IMG/VR virus record: IMGVR_UViG_3300030333_008604
Span: 32,001-96,000 of that record
DNA length: 64,000 nt
Source of the DNA: a virus
Direction: 5' to 3' (one strand)
Shown: in pieces, positions 36,687-49,400 of the stretch
How the letters are laid out: each line of letters starts with the position of its first letter
How positions within the stretch are numbered: position 1 is the first letter of the stretch
Notes under the pieces: model-generated
Told to the model about the DNA's origin: nothing
The model's database searches: none
Seen by the model: only the letters and a program-made list of their open reading frames with translations
Translations under genes and position numbers: made by a program

Positions 36687-39600
36687 ATGAGCGTAAAAGA
36701 TTTATTTGACAAAGGCCACTCTCTAAAGTTTATCCGCAAACAAACTCACAATGACGTGCGTGATGATGTTGAGTCGAAGCGGTTTATCGAAGCATATTCT
36801 GAAAAGCGCAGAAGATTCTTTCCTAATGTTGACTTTACAACAGCTTCTAATTTCGCAAGATATGGGTCAGCGGAGCTTTATTACGATTCAGCAATTAAAC
36901 GGATATACCAGACCTATCCGTACGATGGCTCCTTGGCAGAAAAAACTGAATGGGAGAATGATAGCAATTATTTAGACGCATTTATTTTTCAAAATGAGTA
37001 TCCTCGCGTCAACGGCCATATAACACTCAACAGCGGCTCAAATACTTACACTGCTGAATCTTCTTTAAATGTATACAGCAGCTCTGCTCCGCAATATATT
37101 CTCTTTTCAGGTGGCCCTCACGCCGACCCAGCAGGAAATTTTAAAGATCCTGTTGCGAGCGGCCCAGAACAGCCTGGCGTGTCTAAAGTAAATATATATG
37201 AAGCGTCCTCTGCAAGGACAAACAACTTAGAGCTAGATCTGGCCAAGGGTATAACTTTTGAATTTTGGCTTAAAAAAGATTCTTGGGTCGACACATCAAC
37301 TGTAAAATACGAATACTTGTTTAACCTTGTCGCCTCAGGAGCCACAGGCGATCAATATGGAAACTTAAGAGTTTACTGTAATGGTGTTTCCAAGGATGAT
37401 CTTAGATTAATAATTAATTCTGGATCAACAGAACTAGAGTTCCTTCACGAGACTGGACTGTCTGGCCAAGGTATTGCTGACGGGAAGTGGCGCCATTATG
37501 CGTTTACTGCAGCGATAACTGGCTCCTCCACCATAAGTAAAATGTACTTAGACGGCGTTTTAAAATCATCTGTGATCGATTCGGATACGATTAACCCAAT
37601 TGACGGCAAGATGGTCGCCGCCATCGGCGCTCTAGCAGGACCTAAAGCGATAAATCTCGCACAAGCTGGACGCGGCTGGGGTAATGCTGTTGACGCTCAT
37701 TTTGACGAATTTAGATATTGGAAAACAGAACGCAACGCGCAAGATATTGGGAGGTTCTACCGACAACAGATCGGCGGCGGAACAAATACTGATAATATAA
37801 AATATGATAAAGTTCACAATCCAGTCGATCTTGGTGTTTATTACAAGTTCAACGAAGGAATTACTGGCCAGCCCAACACTGATTCAATCATATTGGATTA
37901 TTCTGGTCGTATTTCAAATGGCGATTTTATAAATTATGACTCCACGACTTCAAGAAACTTAAGTTCTGCTATGGTCACGGCAGGCGCCTCACCAGCAGAA
38001 TTTAAAGACCCTATTTTATATTCTTTCCACCCAGAAGTCTCTGCATATCATACAGCAAAACTAACATCTGGTTCATTCTGGGATGAAGAAAACTCGGCGA
38101 TGCTTTTAAAAAGCTTTCCGGGCTGGATTACAGAAGAAGACGAACAAAAATCTAACAATCTAAAATACATGGTTCAGATAATTTCTAGCTTTTTCGATGA
38201 CGTTTATCTGCAAATGGAATCTTTGCCTCGACTCAAAGATATAAACTATCCTTATGATAACGATCCAAAATATGAAAAGCCTCTGGCCTTCGCTGATCGA
38301 CTTCTTACTCATCGTGGCATCGAGGCACCGGAGCTTTTTGCAGATGCGTCATTGTTGGCAAAATATTTAAATCGTGACGAACAAAGACTATTTGAAAAGA
38401 AATTATACGACGTTAAAAACACAATTTATCAAAACATATATAACAACCTCACGTATTTGCAAAAAACCAAAGGCACGCTTAAGTCTTTGCGCAACTTTTT
38501 AAGGTGTTTTGGTGTTGATGAAGACCTCGTCAAACTTAACATTTATGCATCTGGCGAGACATTTGAATTAAAAGACAATTTTACTTATACTTCATTAAGA
38601 AAAAAATATATAGATTTTGATGACTTGGAGACCAGGTATGAGAAGACCGGTAAATATATAAATTCTTTTGAATCAACCGCCTATCAATACTACGATACTG
38701 GCATAACAGATTCTCTTTCTTATATACCAGGAATATCCAGGGCCCTGGCCTCGGGCAGTTCTGCCACTATGGAAGTAGAAGTGATATTCCCCAAAAGGCA
38801 CGTAGCTAATGACGATAACTATAATCTTTTTCCTGGTTATGATTCGTCGATTTTTGGTCTACATGGCGTAAAGCCCTCGAATACAGACTTGAGCTACTTA
38901 GATGGCACTGGGGCCGACGTTGGAACTGACGATATTAACTTCCACTTAAAGGTTCAGAAGTCCAAAAATGACAAAAGAGATGGAAAATTTGTTCTTTCAA
39001 CGACTGCACCATCGAACGGCGACCACGTTTTTCCGGAATTAGAAACAGCTAGTTCATATTCTAGAATTTATGATAATGAAAAGTGGAATTTTGCAGTTCG
39101 TCTGCGACCGTCCAAGAACCATGGCGGTCTCGTTACCGGCAGTTTTGAGCCTATTAGCAGTGCTTACGTTTTAGAGCTTTACGGGGTTAACTACTTATCG
39201 AATATTTTACAAGAAGAGTTCGTTCTAAGCAGTTCAATCAGTTTTGAAACTGCAATTAAGTTCTTTGAAAGGCCAAAAAGAATTTTTGCCGGCGCTCGGA
39301 GGAACAACTTTACTGGCTCCGTGGCCACACATTCAGATGTTAAAGTCGCCTCAGTAAGATATTGGCACGACTATTTGACAAATGACACGATTAAGGCGCA
39401 TGCTTTGGACTCTTTTACTTATGGCGCCGGCAATCCTTACAAGAATGACAACTTTTTCTCAAAATTTTCACACAAATCTATTCCGCAAATAGAAAAATTG
39501 GTCATGGACTGGACAGTTGAAAACGTTACTGCTTCCGGAAGGTCCGGAGAGTTTTCAATTACTGACTTTTCATCCGGCTCAAGAGGCAACTCAAGCAATA

Positions 39601-42600
39601 GATACGGTGATTATAGAACTCTACTGAATTCTCACTATCCAGCCAAGGGAGATTTCTTTGTTACCGGGTCAGATCAAGCAGTTGACGTCGAATTTGTCCC
39701 AACTGGTAAACAAAAGCTACCAGAAATCGTAAATAGCGACGACATGGTCAAAGTTTTAAATAGATTTGATGATGTTAACTTCATTCGAGACACAACTTAC
39801 GTTCAGCACCATCTTTCAGTAGAAAAAAGCATGTATCAGGTCATTTCGGAAGAAATGTTGAGATTTTTTGCTACAATTGTCGACTTTAACAACTTGATTG
39901 GTGAACCAGTTAACAGATATCGTCCAAATTATAAAAAAATAGACAAACTGCGCGATCTTTTCTTTGAAAAGGTGGAAGAAGCCCCGGATTTAGACAAATT
40001 TATTGAATATTACAAGTGGATTGACGATGCAGTTTCGTTAATGATTTTCCAACTAATTCCAGCTTCGACAAACAAGGTCGAAGTACTGCGAAATATGGTA
40101 GAGAGTCATATTCTTGAGAGAAATAAGTACTGGTCTAAGTTTCCCACCCTAGACAACAAAACTCGCGAACCATTTGACCCTATTTTGGGCATTAACGAGA
40201 TGTTGTATAACTGGAAGTTCGGACATGTAAACCCCGGAAGCACAGAAAGTGATAGTTGTCTATGGTGGAAGTCCAGAGCAGAGCGTGGGATTCTTTATGT
40301 AGATCCAGGCAGCGTCGATCCGTCAAAAACAACTCTTTCTTCTAGTGTTGTTGACGTTAATAATACAAAAAACACTCTATTGCGCAGAATAAACACAACA
40401 TCGCCTGTTGTTGGCACAAATATGCGCCCTCAAGATGACCCAACGTTTTTTACTGATGGCGGAGACAGTTATTCTGCGCCCACTTACAAAATAAGGGCAC
40501 TTTCTAGGCCGGTTCGCATAGAAAAAGACCGGGCCTTGACTTTGAAGGGCGGCCCAAACTCAAAAGTTAATAAAAAATATGATCTTTACAAAAACGCTGT
40601 AAAATGGGCTAGTGATGATGATTTTCTTTTTATGGATTTGGACAACCAGCTTCCTATAAAAGACTGCAATGACCAATATACGCCAGAAGAGTTAAACAAG
40701 AAGATAGCTTATTTCAAGTCATCAATAGAAACTGCAGGTGACTTAACAGATACAGTCCTTGGCGGCAACACAGCCCGGGCAGAATATGACGATCTTAAGA
40801 GTGAACAGCTTTTTCCATTTAGTATATACACGTCTTCTATTGAGGATGGCTATAAAAAGCCTGGATATATCAATGCGCTTGGAACAAACGCTCAATTTAG
40901 AACTGACTTTAACAACTACCACCATGATTATTACGGCCCGGACGCAGAAATACCGATGCAGGGGCCGTTTACTCGGGCAAATGTTGGAGGCATGCAACAC
41001 CGACATGCAGAAATCAATCGCTATTCTACTCTAAAGGGCAATTTTAATAATCTAGATTCTGCCCTCGACCGAGCAGAAGGTTGGGCTCTGTATAATAATC
41101 TTACTAGGCCGCGAAGTCTTGAAAGTCAATATATTTTAAACGAATATTTTCACGCTGGCACTTATGCTGGCCACCAAGACCACGTCCAGCTAAGAGGAGG
41201 TAACAGCGATACAGCGGGAGGCATGCACGGGAATGTGTATCTTGAGCCTAGTGCGTATGAAATGTGGGCCGGTGGTGTAGATTGCGGTACCTTGCACGCT
41301 TGGACATTCAAGAGAGGCACGACACCCTCGTTTGGTACTGGTCCGACCGTCAGCGCTAGTGAAAGGTTTGCTTATTGTGAAGTCCTGCCAGAATATGCGC
41401 AACAGACTTTTGGCTTGAGAACTCCTTTAATTGATTTCTTGGACTTGTCTACTGACTCCGGAGAAGTATATTTTAAATTTGACTATCACATGCATGGTGT
41501 TAATATAGGCACCTTGAAGGCTCAAGCGTCTACTGACCCAACTTTTGCTAGCGATGTGACGGATATCTTGCTTAGGTGGGATCATAGCGGCACTCCAAGT
41601 CAGGCAACCAGCCTTACTGGAGAGCAGCATGCCAGTTCAACTGACGCATTCAAATCTGCATATGCCACAGCAAACTATCCTTCATATGGCAACGGCCTTC
41701 AAGATTTTCTTGGAAAAAGATTTTATATAAGATTTCTTTACACTGCTGGTATTGGCCATCTTGGAGATTGCGCGATTGATAATGTGGCCATCTATCAGGG
41801 CGACTCTGCGAAACAAAACAAAGGTGACTCCTGGCGCTTGTTGCACCCCACACACGACAACATAAGCCAACCACACGCTATGCTTTTCCGTGAAGAAGTA
41901 GCAAAGCGCCCTGTTAATATTAGAAATATAGAAATTACCAGTTCCTCACCAACCAAAGCTGGTAACTATTTTCATAGATATCAATACTTGAATATAGGCA
42001 ACCGCGCGGCCAATGATCCGTGGTTTGTCAAGAACCATACAGAAGTCTCAAGCCGTACTTCCTCAATGGGCCCCCTTTCAATGATCGGTACCGGCTCTAG
42101 TATTACAAATATATTAAACACTAGGCTTGATCCCGTAGTTGGCGGTCGAGCACCTTCGACTGACAGCTTTGTTTTGCCGGAGCGCGAGTTCCTCAGCGGC
42201 ACAGTGCGCAACAAGACAAGATTTGTTGCTCATTTTAGCTCACCTGGAGATCATGAAAGCTTGTCTAGGGGCTACCTTGATCGCGAGCATGAGAGTTTTT
42301 CTGTCTACAATGCTATGCCATGGCGAAACAGATTTATTCGGCAACAGCATACTTCACAATTAACTGCGCATATGGGCAAATTTGGCACTAGTACACATGG
42401 CCCAACTTCTACATCAGCTAGAGTTTTTGGAGACGAGGTCGTCGGCAGCACTCGAAGCGATGATTATTCAATAAATGGAGATGCAGCTAGACACAAATAT
42501 CACTCAAACTCCGTACAAAGAATTGAACAGTCGTCTTCTTATGGAATTGCTTCAAGCAAGGGCGCATCTTTTAATGGTACAAACGATTATCTTGCTGTTG

Positions 42601-43445
42601 CGGATAACATCACTCTCCAGTTCGGCGCCACCAGCGCTGATGGCGCTTTTTCTATTAGCGCTTGGGTGCAGATGACGGATGCAACTAATTTTCCCATCAT
42701 TGAGAAAGTTAACCATGGCTCTAGCCTTTATGAATGGCGCCTTTATGTCAGCACTGACGACAAATTATACTTTAAATGCATGGATGAGACAGAATCTGTG
42801 TACGAGGCGGTAAGGTCTGACTCCGCCCTCACTTCATATCAAGGTCTTTGGACTCATATAGTTGCAACTGCCGATACAGCCGGCGAATCTAAAGGCATGA
42901 AGCTTTATATAAATGGTGCAGAAATTGCTTCAACTCGTTTCGACGCAGGATCTTACACAGCTATGCACAATACTGCCGCCGGCTTAAGCATTGGCAAATA
43001 CGACACAGGATCTCCGCTATTTGCCCGCGGCGGTATGGACGAAATAAGTATTTGGAATCGAGCATTGTCCGACGAAGATGTGTTGGAAATTTATAACGGC
43101 TGTCCTAAACAAGAGACTGCTACGTCCAATGTGAGTAAAATCATCAATCCAGGCTCTGGTGATTTGACAAACCACTCCGCCGCGCAGCATTTGCAGGCTT
43201 GGTGGCGTTTAGGTGATAGTGGCGATACTGTTGAGTCAGACTCGTCTTTAACAACTTCAATCGATAGAAAAAACAGCAACAATGCTACAGGCTACGGTAC
43301 CGGCCCTACAGTTTTTACTTTGGGCGTACCTCCTGCGATTTTTGAACAAATGGTCACCGGCTCTACCCACGACAATGGTTTTGTGTCTCATATGATACCA
43401 AGAACAGATTTTCAATATGCATGGATAACAGCTTCGATAATTTAA
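36687..43445 (+). CDS. Large baseplate/tail protein (2252 aa) with LamG domains, gp7/P2-I-like segment and MAM domain
   Basis: LamG: ITFEFWLK...WRHYAFT...YLDG...FDEFRYW and FSISAWV...WTHIVAT...LYING...MDEISIWNRAL. KTKGTLKSLRNFLRCFG is wedge-like. MAM: GTTPSFGTGP...FDYHMHG..IGTL...GDCAIDNV. Confidence 0.8.
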   Translation: MSVKDLFDKGHSLKFIRKQTHNDVRDDVESKRFIEAYSEKRRRFFPNVDFTTASNFARYGSAELYYDSAIKRIYQTYPYDGSLAEKTEWENDSNYLDAFIFQNEYPRVNGHITLNSGSNTYTAESSLNVYSSSAPQYILFSGGPHADPAGNFKDPVASGPEQPGVSKVNIYEASSARTNNLELDLAKGITFEFWLKKDSWVDTSTVKYEYLFNLVASGATGDQYGNLRVYCNGVSKDDLRLIINSGSTELEFLHETGLSGQGIADGKWRHYAFTAAITGSSTISKMYLDGVLKSSVIDSDTINPIDGKMVAAIGALAGPKAINLAQAGRGWGNAVDAHFDEFRYWKTERNAQDIGRFYRQQIGGGTNTDNIKYDKVHNPVDLGVYYKFNEGITGQPNTDSIILDYSGRISNGDFINYDSTTSRNLSSAMVTAGASPAEFKDPILYSFHPEVSAYHTAKLTSGSFWDEENSAMLLKSFPGWITEEDEQKSNNLKYMVQIISSFFDDVYLQMESLPRLKDINYPYDNDPKYEKPLAFADRLLTHRGIEAPELFADASLLAKYLNRDEQRLFEKKLYDVKNTIYQNIYNNLTYLQKTKGTLKSLRNFLRCFGVDEDLVKLNIYASGETFELKDNFTYTSLRKKYIDFDDLETRYEKTGKYINSFESTAYQYYDTGITDSLSYIPGISRALASGSSATMEVEVIFPKRHVANDDNYNLFPGYDSSIFGLHGVKPSNTDLSYLDGTGADVGTDDINFHLKVQKSKNDKRDGKFVLSTTAPSNGDHVFPELETASSYSRIYDNEKWNFAVRLRPSKNHGGLVTGSFEPISSAYVLELYGVNYLSNILQEEFVLSSSISFETAIKFFERPKRIFAGARRNNFTGSVATHSDVKVASVRYWHDYLTNDTIKAHALDSFTYGAGNPYKNDNFFSKFSHKSIPQIEKLVMDWTVENVTASGRSGEFSITDFSSGSRGNSSNRYGDYRTLLNSHYPAKGDFFVTGSDQAVDVEFVPTGKQKLPEIVNSDDMVKVLNRFDDVNFIRDTTYVQHHLSVEKSMYQVISEEMLRFFATIVDFNNLIGEPVNRYRPNYKKIDKLRDLFFEKVEEAPDLDKFIEYYKWIDDAVSLMIFQLIPASTNKVEVLRNMVESHILERNKYWSKFPTLDNKTREPFDPILGINEMLYNWKFGHVNPGSTESDSCLWWKSRAERGILYVDPGSVDPSKTTLSSSVVDVNNTKNTLLRRINTTSPVVGTNMRPQDDPTFFTDGGDSYSAPTYKIRALSRPVRIEKDRALTLKGGPNSKVNKKYDLYKNAVKWASDDDFLFMDLDNQLPIKDCNDQYTPEELNKKIAYFKSSIETAGDLTDTVLGGNTARAEYDDLKSEQLFPFSIYTSSIEDGYKKPGYINALGTNAQFRTDFNNYHHDYYGPDAEIPMQGPFTRANVGGMQHRHAEINRYSTLKGNFNNLDSALDRAEGWALYNNLTRPRSLESQYILNEYFHAGTYAGHQDHVQLRGGNSDTAGGMHGNVYLEPSAYEMWAGGVDCGTLHAWTFKRGTTPSFGTGPTVSASERFAYCEVLPEYAQQTFGLRTPLIDFLDLSTDSGEVYFKFDYHMHGVNIGTLKAQASTDPTFASDVTDILLRWDHSGTPSQATSLTGEQHASSTDAFKSAYATANYPSYGNGLQDFLGKRFYIRFLYTAGIGHLGDCAIDNVAIYQGDSAKQNKGDSWRLLHPTHDNISQPHAMLFREEVAKRPVNIRNIEITSSSPTKAGNYFHRYQYLNIGNRAANDPWFVKNHTEVSSRTSSMGPLSMIGTGSSITNILNTRLDPVVGGRAPSTDSFVLPEREFLSGTVRNKTRFVAHFSSPGDHESLSRGYLDREHESFSVYNAMPWRNRFIRQQHTSQLTAHMGKFGTSTHGPTSTSARVFGDEVVGSTRSDDYSINGDAARHKYHSNSVQRIEQSSSYGIASSKGASFNGTNDYLAVADNITLQFGATSADGAFSISAWVQMTDATNFPIIEKVNHGSSLYEWRLYVSTDDKLYFKCMDETESVYEAVRSDSALTSYQGLWTHIVATADTAGESKGMKLYINGAEIASTRFDAGSYTAMHNTAAGLSIGKYDTGSPLFARGGMDEISIWNRALSDEDVLEIYNGCPKQETATSNVSKIINPGSGDLTNHSAAQHLQAWWRLGDSGDTVESDSSLTTSIDRKNSNNATGYGTGPTVFTLGVPPAIFEQMVTGSTHDNGFVSHMIPRTDFQYAWITASII

Positions 43446-43451
43446 TGTATA

Positions 43452-43466
43452 ATCTAATTATTAGAT
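43452..43466 (+). promoter_or_regulatory. Candidate late-promoter motif inside the palindrome ATCTAAT-T-ATTAGAT
   Basis: Intergenic; contains CTAATTAT (43454-43461); TATAAT at 43448-43453; SD downstream. Confidence 0.4.
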
Positions 43467-43482
43467 GGAGTTGAGGTAAACA

Positions 43483-46400
43483 ATGGCAATAAGCGGATCA
43501 CTAAATTTTATAACCGCCAGCGAGTTTGGTAGTTATCTAAAGCCAGGCTCAGATGCGAATCGGAGATTTGGTCTCGATAAAAACGATGCACAGCTAGATG
43601 GTTCAACTAGAAATGGCTTTATACCAACTGATTTTGTGGGCTTGAACACGAATATTCACGAGCCTTTTGATTTAAATTCTAGTTTTCTTGGCTATACTTC
43701 ATCATACAGCATAATGTCTTATGTTAACGTCGGAACCGATGGCAACGACACGACGAAAGATGGCTCATCTCAAGGATATGGCGGCTTTATAAACGTCAAT
43801 TATCAGGCAGACGAGGCAGGCGACTTAGGATTTAGCACTGCTTATATTTTCAACGCTTTAATGTTGCATCGAAATGGACCCTATCAGCGCCCAATGTGGC
43901 AACAGTTTAGAGACGCGAGTCATCCAATTGCAAGATATTTAAGACTACACAACACAATGTCTATATCTAGCAAGTCTCCATGGAACATGGCCGACCCTGC
44001 GAATAAGGCTAATGCTCCCTTGCAACAACATCAGTGGGGCAAACACAACGAGCACGATCCCACAACTCCTAAGTCTAATTATGCTGATAATTTTATACTT
44101 TTCCAAACGCTAGATAAATACAGCACAACAGTTAAATTTTATGAATCGGCTGTTGTGTCAAATCACCTTCCTTTAAAATATACGGTAAATATTGGCGACT
44201 CGCCAGCCATCGTGCGCCAGACGCTTTTTAATGAATTAACTTATTTTACCAATGAAGACTTAAATAAAAAGTTGAAATTATCAGATGGCAAGCCTCCTAA
44301 TGTTTTTGATAATGTCAACGATTTTTATATTAAGCGTCCCATGGAACCGTATCGAATGTTGCAAGCCGCAAAACAAATAGATGGCATGCGTGATGTTACA
44401 CTTAAAGAGCGGATATATCCACGAGAAGTAAACACATATCGACCAACCACCAGAAAGAAAGATCTTTATGACGAGGTGGCTGGTACAGACTTTAAAGGTT
44501 ATGACCGCGTTTCTTATAGAACTTTCTGGAGAGATTCTCAAGCAAACCGTGCTCGTACGGACGACGCGTGCCTTAATTCTCAAGGTTACAATCAAAGGAT
44601 CCCTTTTCAAGATTATATTGCACGCTCAGGATCACAAGGAGACAATAGTCTCAAAAATTACATGTGCTCAAATCAATATTATATGAGCGGCTCTGTGCCA
44701 TTTGTCGCCGCCGGCGTTGTAACTTGGCAAAGAGAGTCTGAGCACGTTAAATATCCTCCTTCCGGTTCTTCAGTTTTCGGTCAACAGCGTGAAATGTATC
44801 AACCATACCAAATTGCTCTGAATAGCATGTGGCCGCTTGACGTCCGTAGTGACATATATGACAGGCCCTACTACTTGGCAGCAGTTCACAATTCAGGCAC
44901 ACATTCAGATTTTTCAGACGGTCCCAGTGTTGCAATTGGCCTCTCGCCGTTAGCTCCTGCAGCTTTAATGTCGAGCCGCTCTTTTGCTGCCGCAGTTACT
45001 TCCAGTATCACGAGATCTGCCGGCGAGCTTGTGTATAGTACAAAGCCAACAATACTTTACTGGGCCCAGCAAATAAACGCTACTTCATTTGTTCATGAGG
45101 GTCATCCAACAGTTAGTGGCAAATCTGCAGATGACACCGCGCAAGAAGTTCCTATAGCACGAGTTTCCGGAAGCCGCGCGCGCAATCGAGGATTGTCAGT
45201 TAGTGGGGACACCCACACAGGCGGGCTCACTTTGGGTTCAACCGGCGATCACCCTAGTCAATATAACGCAAACTTTTCTTTTACTGGGTCATCATACGGC
45301 TCTCTTCGCGATGGCTATCACGCAGCCACTGCGTCTTTGCAATTCTTGAGACATGCCTATCCTTATCAAACTCCGTACTGGGCGGCTCATTTGATTTCCG
45401 AACGAAATCCAATGTATGACTCATATGAAGATTTTTCACAAGATCTGTATTACATTGGCAAGGACTATTCTATCGTACCAGAGTTTAGATATTCTGAGCA
45501 CTATGATTATTATACGCCTAGATTTGGTATGTTTACTTCTCCAAATCTTAAAATGTTTGGTCTGGATACTGACAAGGGCTACAAAGCCTTTAAAAGGAAC
45601 TACAGCAAGCTAATAGAGCCTAAAGTTAATTTCTTAACTATTGACGGTGTCGATCTCCAACAAACACAGACAGATTTCTCTAGCGGCCCTCAAAACAAGT
45701 ATGAGTTCAAAACGCAGTTTTATGAATTGGATGATTTAGATTACACTTCGAATACTCTGGCTATAGTAGACACGCCGGATAAAAGCTATAAAGCTTATCC
45801 GCAAAGTGTAGAATTTCATGGCAAATATACGGAAACCGAACCCGCGACAAATTTCTCTTATTTACTCCGCCTAGGCGACAATTTTACCGATGGAGAGGAA
45901 ACAATACCCAGCAGGATTACTTTAAAGTTTATGGCAATTAAAAAACTGCTACCATATAACGGCTTTTATCCTGTTTCGCGCACTGTTCAGATCGGGACTC
46001 ACCTATCGCAAGCATTTGGCAGCTATTTGACAGGAACCAACAATGAGGATCTTTACACGAACTATCCGGGCGCCGCCTTGATACAGGCATCAGGAACTCT
46101 TCAAGCGGCGCGCCTTCAAGCCTTGTTAGAACCATTGATGGCCCCGGGGCTTCTATACAACTCTATTAAGTCAGGAATTGCTGTAAATCATCCAATTTAT
46201 AGATCTTATAAGGATGGAGCGCCAGAGCAAGAGTTCCCTATGAAGTACTTCGGGCCACGTCAGCCAAATTGGTATGGCGAAGAGCTTGGCGCCGAAGATC
46301 CTGCCGTTACAAATGTTGGCCATTCTACTAATCGTTTTGGCTTTTCCGACAAGCTTGGACAAGTCGCCCGTCATCTGTGCATCTCAAAAGCATCCTCCAC

Positions 46401-49400
46401 GTACGGCGAAGGCATCCAGCCGCACAGCAAAGCTGCAGCCACGCCTCCAGAATCAGCAACGGGCAATTATTCTCTTGAGGTGTTCACGAACAACATGGAG
46501 CTAGCTGCTAACGATTCACACGGCTTGCACTATCATGCTGACTTTGTGGGGCTGGGTCACGGCTCAATGATGGGCGTGGCTTCTGCAATGCCAACATTTT
46601 TAAAAGTATCAGCTAGCTTCAAGCTACCCTTTGAAGCACTTTACACACCCTCTCTTCTAAAGCAGGCTTTTAAATCGGATAATGATGGAGAAGTACAAAA
46701 TGCGTCTTATTTACCTTACGATTTTATTGACGAAGCCCGTGCCCGCGAATTGAGATCAACTTTTGGCGAGACGGTCACCAACGCAAAACTGAGAGGGGCA
46801 AAGGGATCAAGAACGTCAGAATCAAGCTGGACACCTTTATGGAATCCGGATGCTTCTTTTAGTTTTGGGGCGATATTGGGTGGACCGGTTCAACGCACCT
46901 CGTTAAAGAGATATCAAAGCTCCATGAGTAATTTTCTTTGTGAAACGATGGACTTTTTCCTAGAGGGTGGTGATGCAAAATTCCCAGTCATTCAAAGCAA
47001 TCCAATATATGGAGGAATTGAGCTTGAGCCCAAAACTTACACTATGGACGTTCAGCTTCACCAGGCTAAAGATCACGTCTTGTGCGAGGGTCCACGTCTA
47101 GCTTCATTAAACACTGAGTATGGCAAAAAACATGTGCGCGCACCCAATACAGGTCCTGATCGTGTGACTTCTGGGTCTGCCATGATGCGAGGCGCTCTTT
47201 TTGGACCACCGGTTCAAATAATTGAGCCTCTTAAGATAGACGAGACAAACCTAAGATATACTTATATTCCGAACATATTTAAGATTAGTAACGATTCTGG
47301 CCCTGCTAATGGCGATGAAATAAGATTTTGTGTTAATTATCACAACGCTAGATTTAATATCAATAGCGCGTGGGACGACGCCGTCAATGATACGCGCACC
47401 GGCGATGGCGACAATCCAGGCTGGGTTACGATTAGGTTTGTAACCAATCTTACGTCTGGCGACATTACTACCGACAACCTAATTGAGGTCAAGATAGGAT
47501 CCACGACTGCTGAAACAGCGCAACGAGCAGTTAATGCAATTAACGGAGTCGATCTGACCGGCGCGGACATGTCTGATTATTATAAGACTGGCGCAGATAT
47601 TTATGCTCCATATGGTTCTGGACACTCGACCTATGGTTCGCTTGGCCGGGCCAAAGCTAGAGGCTTTTCTGCAACACAAGATAGTACATATCCTGGAGTT
47701 TACATCCCACCGTTTGGTATTTTGGCTACAACAGGCTCGACCTCTACTTCTTGGATTAGCATATGGTCCACGATACCTCACCCTGTTACTCGTCTTTCTG
47801 GCAACATAGGTTCCGAAAGCAGCCATGCTACAGCGCCTTATATAGGCTTTGATCAAAAAGACGCCTCATCTAGCAATCGCATGCTTAACTCTTCCGCCTT
47901 GACGTCAACTTCTATTGGCTGGGTGTCTGGCGGCATGCCAGCTAGCTCGCTTGCTCTCGGAACTTCATATTTATATGGCGCCGCCGCAGGCGTACCATGG
48001 GAGAAGCTTGGCGAAACACAATTTGGATATTATGATAGTAGCATGAAGGCTGTAAATTCGGCGTCATCTGAATTATATTACAATCTTCAAGACCCTGCCT
48101 ATCAAGCTTATACTCCTCCTTATTTCTATGGACCTAGTTCTGCTGTTATTTCTTTTAAGGCCGAGGGGACAACAAACTACAAGTTATCTGAGATTGTCTC
48201 TAATACTAGAAGCAACTCGTATTATTTTGAAGAATATTATAAAGATTTGTGTCCAAGAATGCCCTCTACTGGCTCTTTATCAAGTGGCTCCATGAATAGA
48301 ATGAAAATCGAAGCCTCAGTCGACATTTGGGAGTCAACAAAAGGAAATGAAGGAAAAAATAACATCTTTACACTTAAGGCCCGCGAAGATGAGCCTGAGA
48401 AAGAAGGCGAAGTTTGGTGGATGGCTCCAAAATGGATGGCACCAGTGCTTGACATGTCCGAGGACAGCGTACCGTATCGCAAAACAACGCGATATCAGAA
48501 AAATGGCGATGTCCTTCAATCAGATAAGGTTACTGAAGTCGTTACATCGTCTGGTACGCAATATTATGGTCACCGAACAGGGCGATCTATTTGGATGGGT
48601 TATGGTTATGATCCGTACGATGAAGATCTCATCGAAGCCGTACATGGTGAAGGTCACGAAAAAGAAAAGGGCATATGGCTAACAGTTAAAGATGTCAATA
48701 TTGGAGTTTCAGGAGATCAGGCAACGACTCCAGGTTTTGTTACGGATATTGGAAGCAACACGGCTCTTGCAGCTACGCGTGAATCTGCTTTTGGAAACCA
48801 AGATACCGCATCTTTAGGCGATGCACTGGGCTTTCATGATGCAGGTAGTGGTATGACTTATCCTCTTGGCCGCATGAATAACGCCAAATTAGTTAGTGAG
48901 GCAGTTGTCGCAATACCTTACTTTGAAAAAGGCTTCCAGAAACGTGTGAATTTCCCAGGCGAGCATTATGATTCAACTATCTATGGGACAGTTGAGATTT
49001 TGCCGGGCAAGCACTTCTTAAGAATCTGGAACCCTTTGTTTGAGCGAATGCTGTCGCGTTTGTTAGCACAGAGAAACGCAAAAGTTAAGGCGGGGGTTTC
49101 ACTGCAGGAATTTTATCAGAAATTTAATACTAGCGAGATTGCAATAAAAGAAATTAGAAAAACTGATTTAGGCAAGATGATTGCAACTCTTATCGGCGAT
49201 GTGAATGCTTTTGATCCTGCTTCTGCTCCTGAATTTGAGGCTGTTAGTTATGTTTTACCACCTGAGATGGATTTTATTCACAACAAGGCGGTAACGCCAT
49301 TCCAGATGTTGATTGCGCCATTTTATCAGTTCTTAGATAAGCAAGATTTGACAAATATTTACCAAGGACTGATGCCTGACTGCTCAATGAGGGCTGAAAA

